From positions 1,248,001 through 1,312,000 of the forward strand of contig OZ219858.1 in the NCBI GenBank assembly GCA_964291395.2: DNA of 64,000 nucleotides, written 5' to 3'. The translations under genes were made by a program, and so were the position numbers. The notes beneath the pieces were generated by a model. The model had not been told where the DNA came from, searched no databases, and was given only the letters and a program-made list of their open reading frames with translations. The DNA comes from Alphaproteobacteria bacterium (GTDB taxonomy: Bacteria; Pseudomonadota; Alphaproteobacteria; UBA2966). Below, one piece after another: positions 62,540 to 64,000 of this stretch; position 1 is the first letter of the stretch; every line of letters starts with the position of its first letter.

Positions 62540-63196
62540 TCAGGCGGGACGACGGCGCATGGGTGAAAATCTCGCCCCACGCGCTGCAAGTTTGGTCAAT
62601 CTTGCCGTCAAGCCGTCGACACGTCCGCGCGCCTTTTGTATCCGCATGACATCCTCGATACGGCGCTCGAGGAACGCCCACGTGTCGGCAAAACCGTCCG
62701 AATGATCGTCCAACCAATAGAGCAGCGTGGATGAATACACTCCCGCGAGCAAGGCGCGCTTCGTGTAGAAGTTGAAGTCGGTCGACGTATCGCCGATACC
62801 CGTCCATATGGCGTCAACCGTTCCGTAGAGACTGCGGAGGGCACGGGGTGCGTTGAACGGAAGGGCGTGCACGGCAACGGCCCGGCGGACCGCTTCACGA
62901 TGTGGTGCCACGGCTTCGATCCTGAGGCGGATCGCGAGCGCGATGCGCTCCCGGATCCTGAGCGTTTCGAGGTCTTGCTTCGCCAACGCCTCGACCATGT
63001 CTTCGTCGGCGGACTTGATGAACGCGCCGACCATGCCGGCGGCACCTCCCGGAAACGCCCGCCGAACCAACTCGAAGTCCTCACCCAGATCCTTTGCCGC
63101 GTGCTTGAGAGCCCGCCGGCTCCAGCCGTCGAAGGACACGTGTCTCAGGAGGGCGGGCAGATAGCGTCGGCGAATCTCATTCCCGCGTTTAGCCAT
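62540..63196 (-). CDS. COQ9-family (rpsU-divergent) protein
   Basis: FDGWS, FPGG, RIRERI, DAIW..GDTSTDFNFYTKRALL, FLERRI. Confidence 0.88.
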   Translation of the reverse strand: MAKRGNEIRRRYLPALLRHVSFDGWSRRALKHAAKDLGEDFELVRRAFPGGAAGMVGAFIKSADEDMVEALAKQDLETLRIRERIALAIRLRIEAVAPHREAVRRAVAVHALPFNAPRALRSLYGTVDAIWTGIGDTSTDFNFYTKRALLAGVYSSTLLYWLDDHSDGFADTWAFLERRIEDVMRIQKARGRVDGLTARLTKLAARGARFSPMRRRPA

Positions 63197-63776
63197 CGGA
63201 CATCTCCGCTTCGACATGACCGGACTTGGCCGCCACCTCCTCGGCCTCCTCCATCGTGCGATGGAACTCCGATTCGAAGACGAGTTTCGCAAGGTCGGTC
63301 ATCCGCATCGGGTACAGGATACCATCGAGATGGTCGCATTCGTGTTGGACCACCCGGGCGTGCATGCCGTGAACCGTACGGTCGATCTTTCCGCCGTTCA
63401 GTGTCAGGCCGCGATAGCGTATAGAGGCATGACGGGGAACCTCTCCCCGCAGTCCGGGAACCGAAAGACAGCCCTCCCATCCGTACACCAGCTCATCGGA
63501 GAGCGGCTCGATCACTGGATTGAACAGGACGGTCAAATCCCGCTCGGGCGGGTCGTCGGGTTCCCGATCGGAATCGCCGTTGGGCGCGTGAAATATGACG
63601 ACGCGCTTGGGCACGTGAACTTGTGGCGCGGCCAGACCTAGGCCTTGGGCATCCGCCATGGTCTCGATCATGCTGTGGACGAGATAGCGGATTTCCGGCG
63701 CATCGGGGTCTGCGACCTCTTCCGCCCGACGCATCAAGACCGGGTGTCCCATGCGCGCGATCTTAAGTATGGCCAT
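63189..63776 (-). CDS. def: Peptide deformylase
   Basis: GLGLAAPQ, EGCLS, QHECDHLDG. Confidence 0.96.
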   Translation of the reverse strand: MAILKIARMGHPVLMRRAEEVADPDAPEIRYLVHSMIETMADAQGLGLAAPQVHVPKRVVIFHAPNGDSDREPDDPPERDLTVLFNPVIEPLSDELVYGWEGCLSVPGLRGEVPRHASIRYRGLTLNGGKIDRTVHGMHARVVQHECDHLDGILYPMRMTDLAKLVFESEFHRTMEEAEEVAAKSGHVEAEMSDG

Positions 63777-63974
63777 GGGCCTAATATGTGGGGACGCAGG
63801 GGCAAGGTAAAGGCCACAGACATAACGATGCGCCGGACCCGGCCTCTGTGAGAAGGTGGACAGGCGCTTTCAGCCTGTGTTAAAGAGCGCGGCCCGCTCT
63901 TCACCGCCGGTTACCGTGGGCGGATCGGGCAACGGGAATGGTTCCGGAAGCTCTGCCGAACGGAGGAACGAAAA

Positions 63975-64000
63975 CTGGTTCAAGTCATCGTCAGAGACAA
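63975..64000 (+). CDS. rpsU: 30S ribosomal protein S21, first codons only; probable CTG start
   Basis: GGAGG 63962-63966 then CTG GTT CAA GTC ATC GTC AGA GAC AA = (M)VQVIVRDN, like alphaproteobacterial S21 MQVxVRDNN; divergent from def/COQ9. Confidence 0.7.

Overview
GC-rich alphaproteobacterial chromosome segment with Rhodospirillales-like gene order. Most of it is core housekeeping: mutY, dciA-like, serC-serA-hisZ-purA, rpoH, rluD, thiD-glmM-folP-ftsH, tilS-cpoB-pal-tolBARQ-ybgC-ruvBAC-yebC, ymdB-ygfA-6S RNA-zapA, thiE-efp-suhB, rpmE, metY, trcR, prpE, dps, purE, def and the start of rpsU. The main accessory feature is a ~5.3 kb insertion (about 21480-26790) that splits the normally adjacent tilS-ftsH pair. 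It carries a putative periplasmic operon (Tat-signal amidohydrolase with an apparent ATA start, YtkA-like His/Met protein, Tyr-type MauG/MbnH-like di-heme enzyme), a DUF6152/DUF2214-like pair and a GlcG heme protein. These sit among mobile-element debris: a decayed tRNA-Glu, an IS21 left end, a parD pseudogene and type I-E CRISPR-repeat-like sequences with no array. Other points of interest are an uncharacterised OmpA/MotA/MotB-like triad, a Rieske oxygenase with three tandem SDRs, a perfect Irr box before dps, an atypical PurE without purK, and a likely CTG start for rpsU. All family calls come from motif recognition and recalled synteny; no database searches were run.
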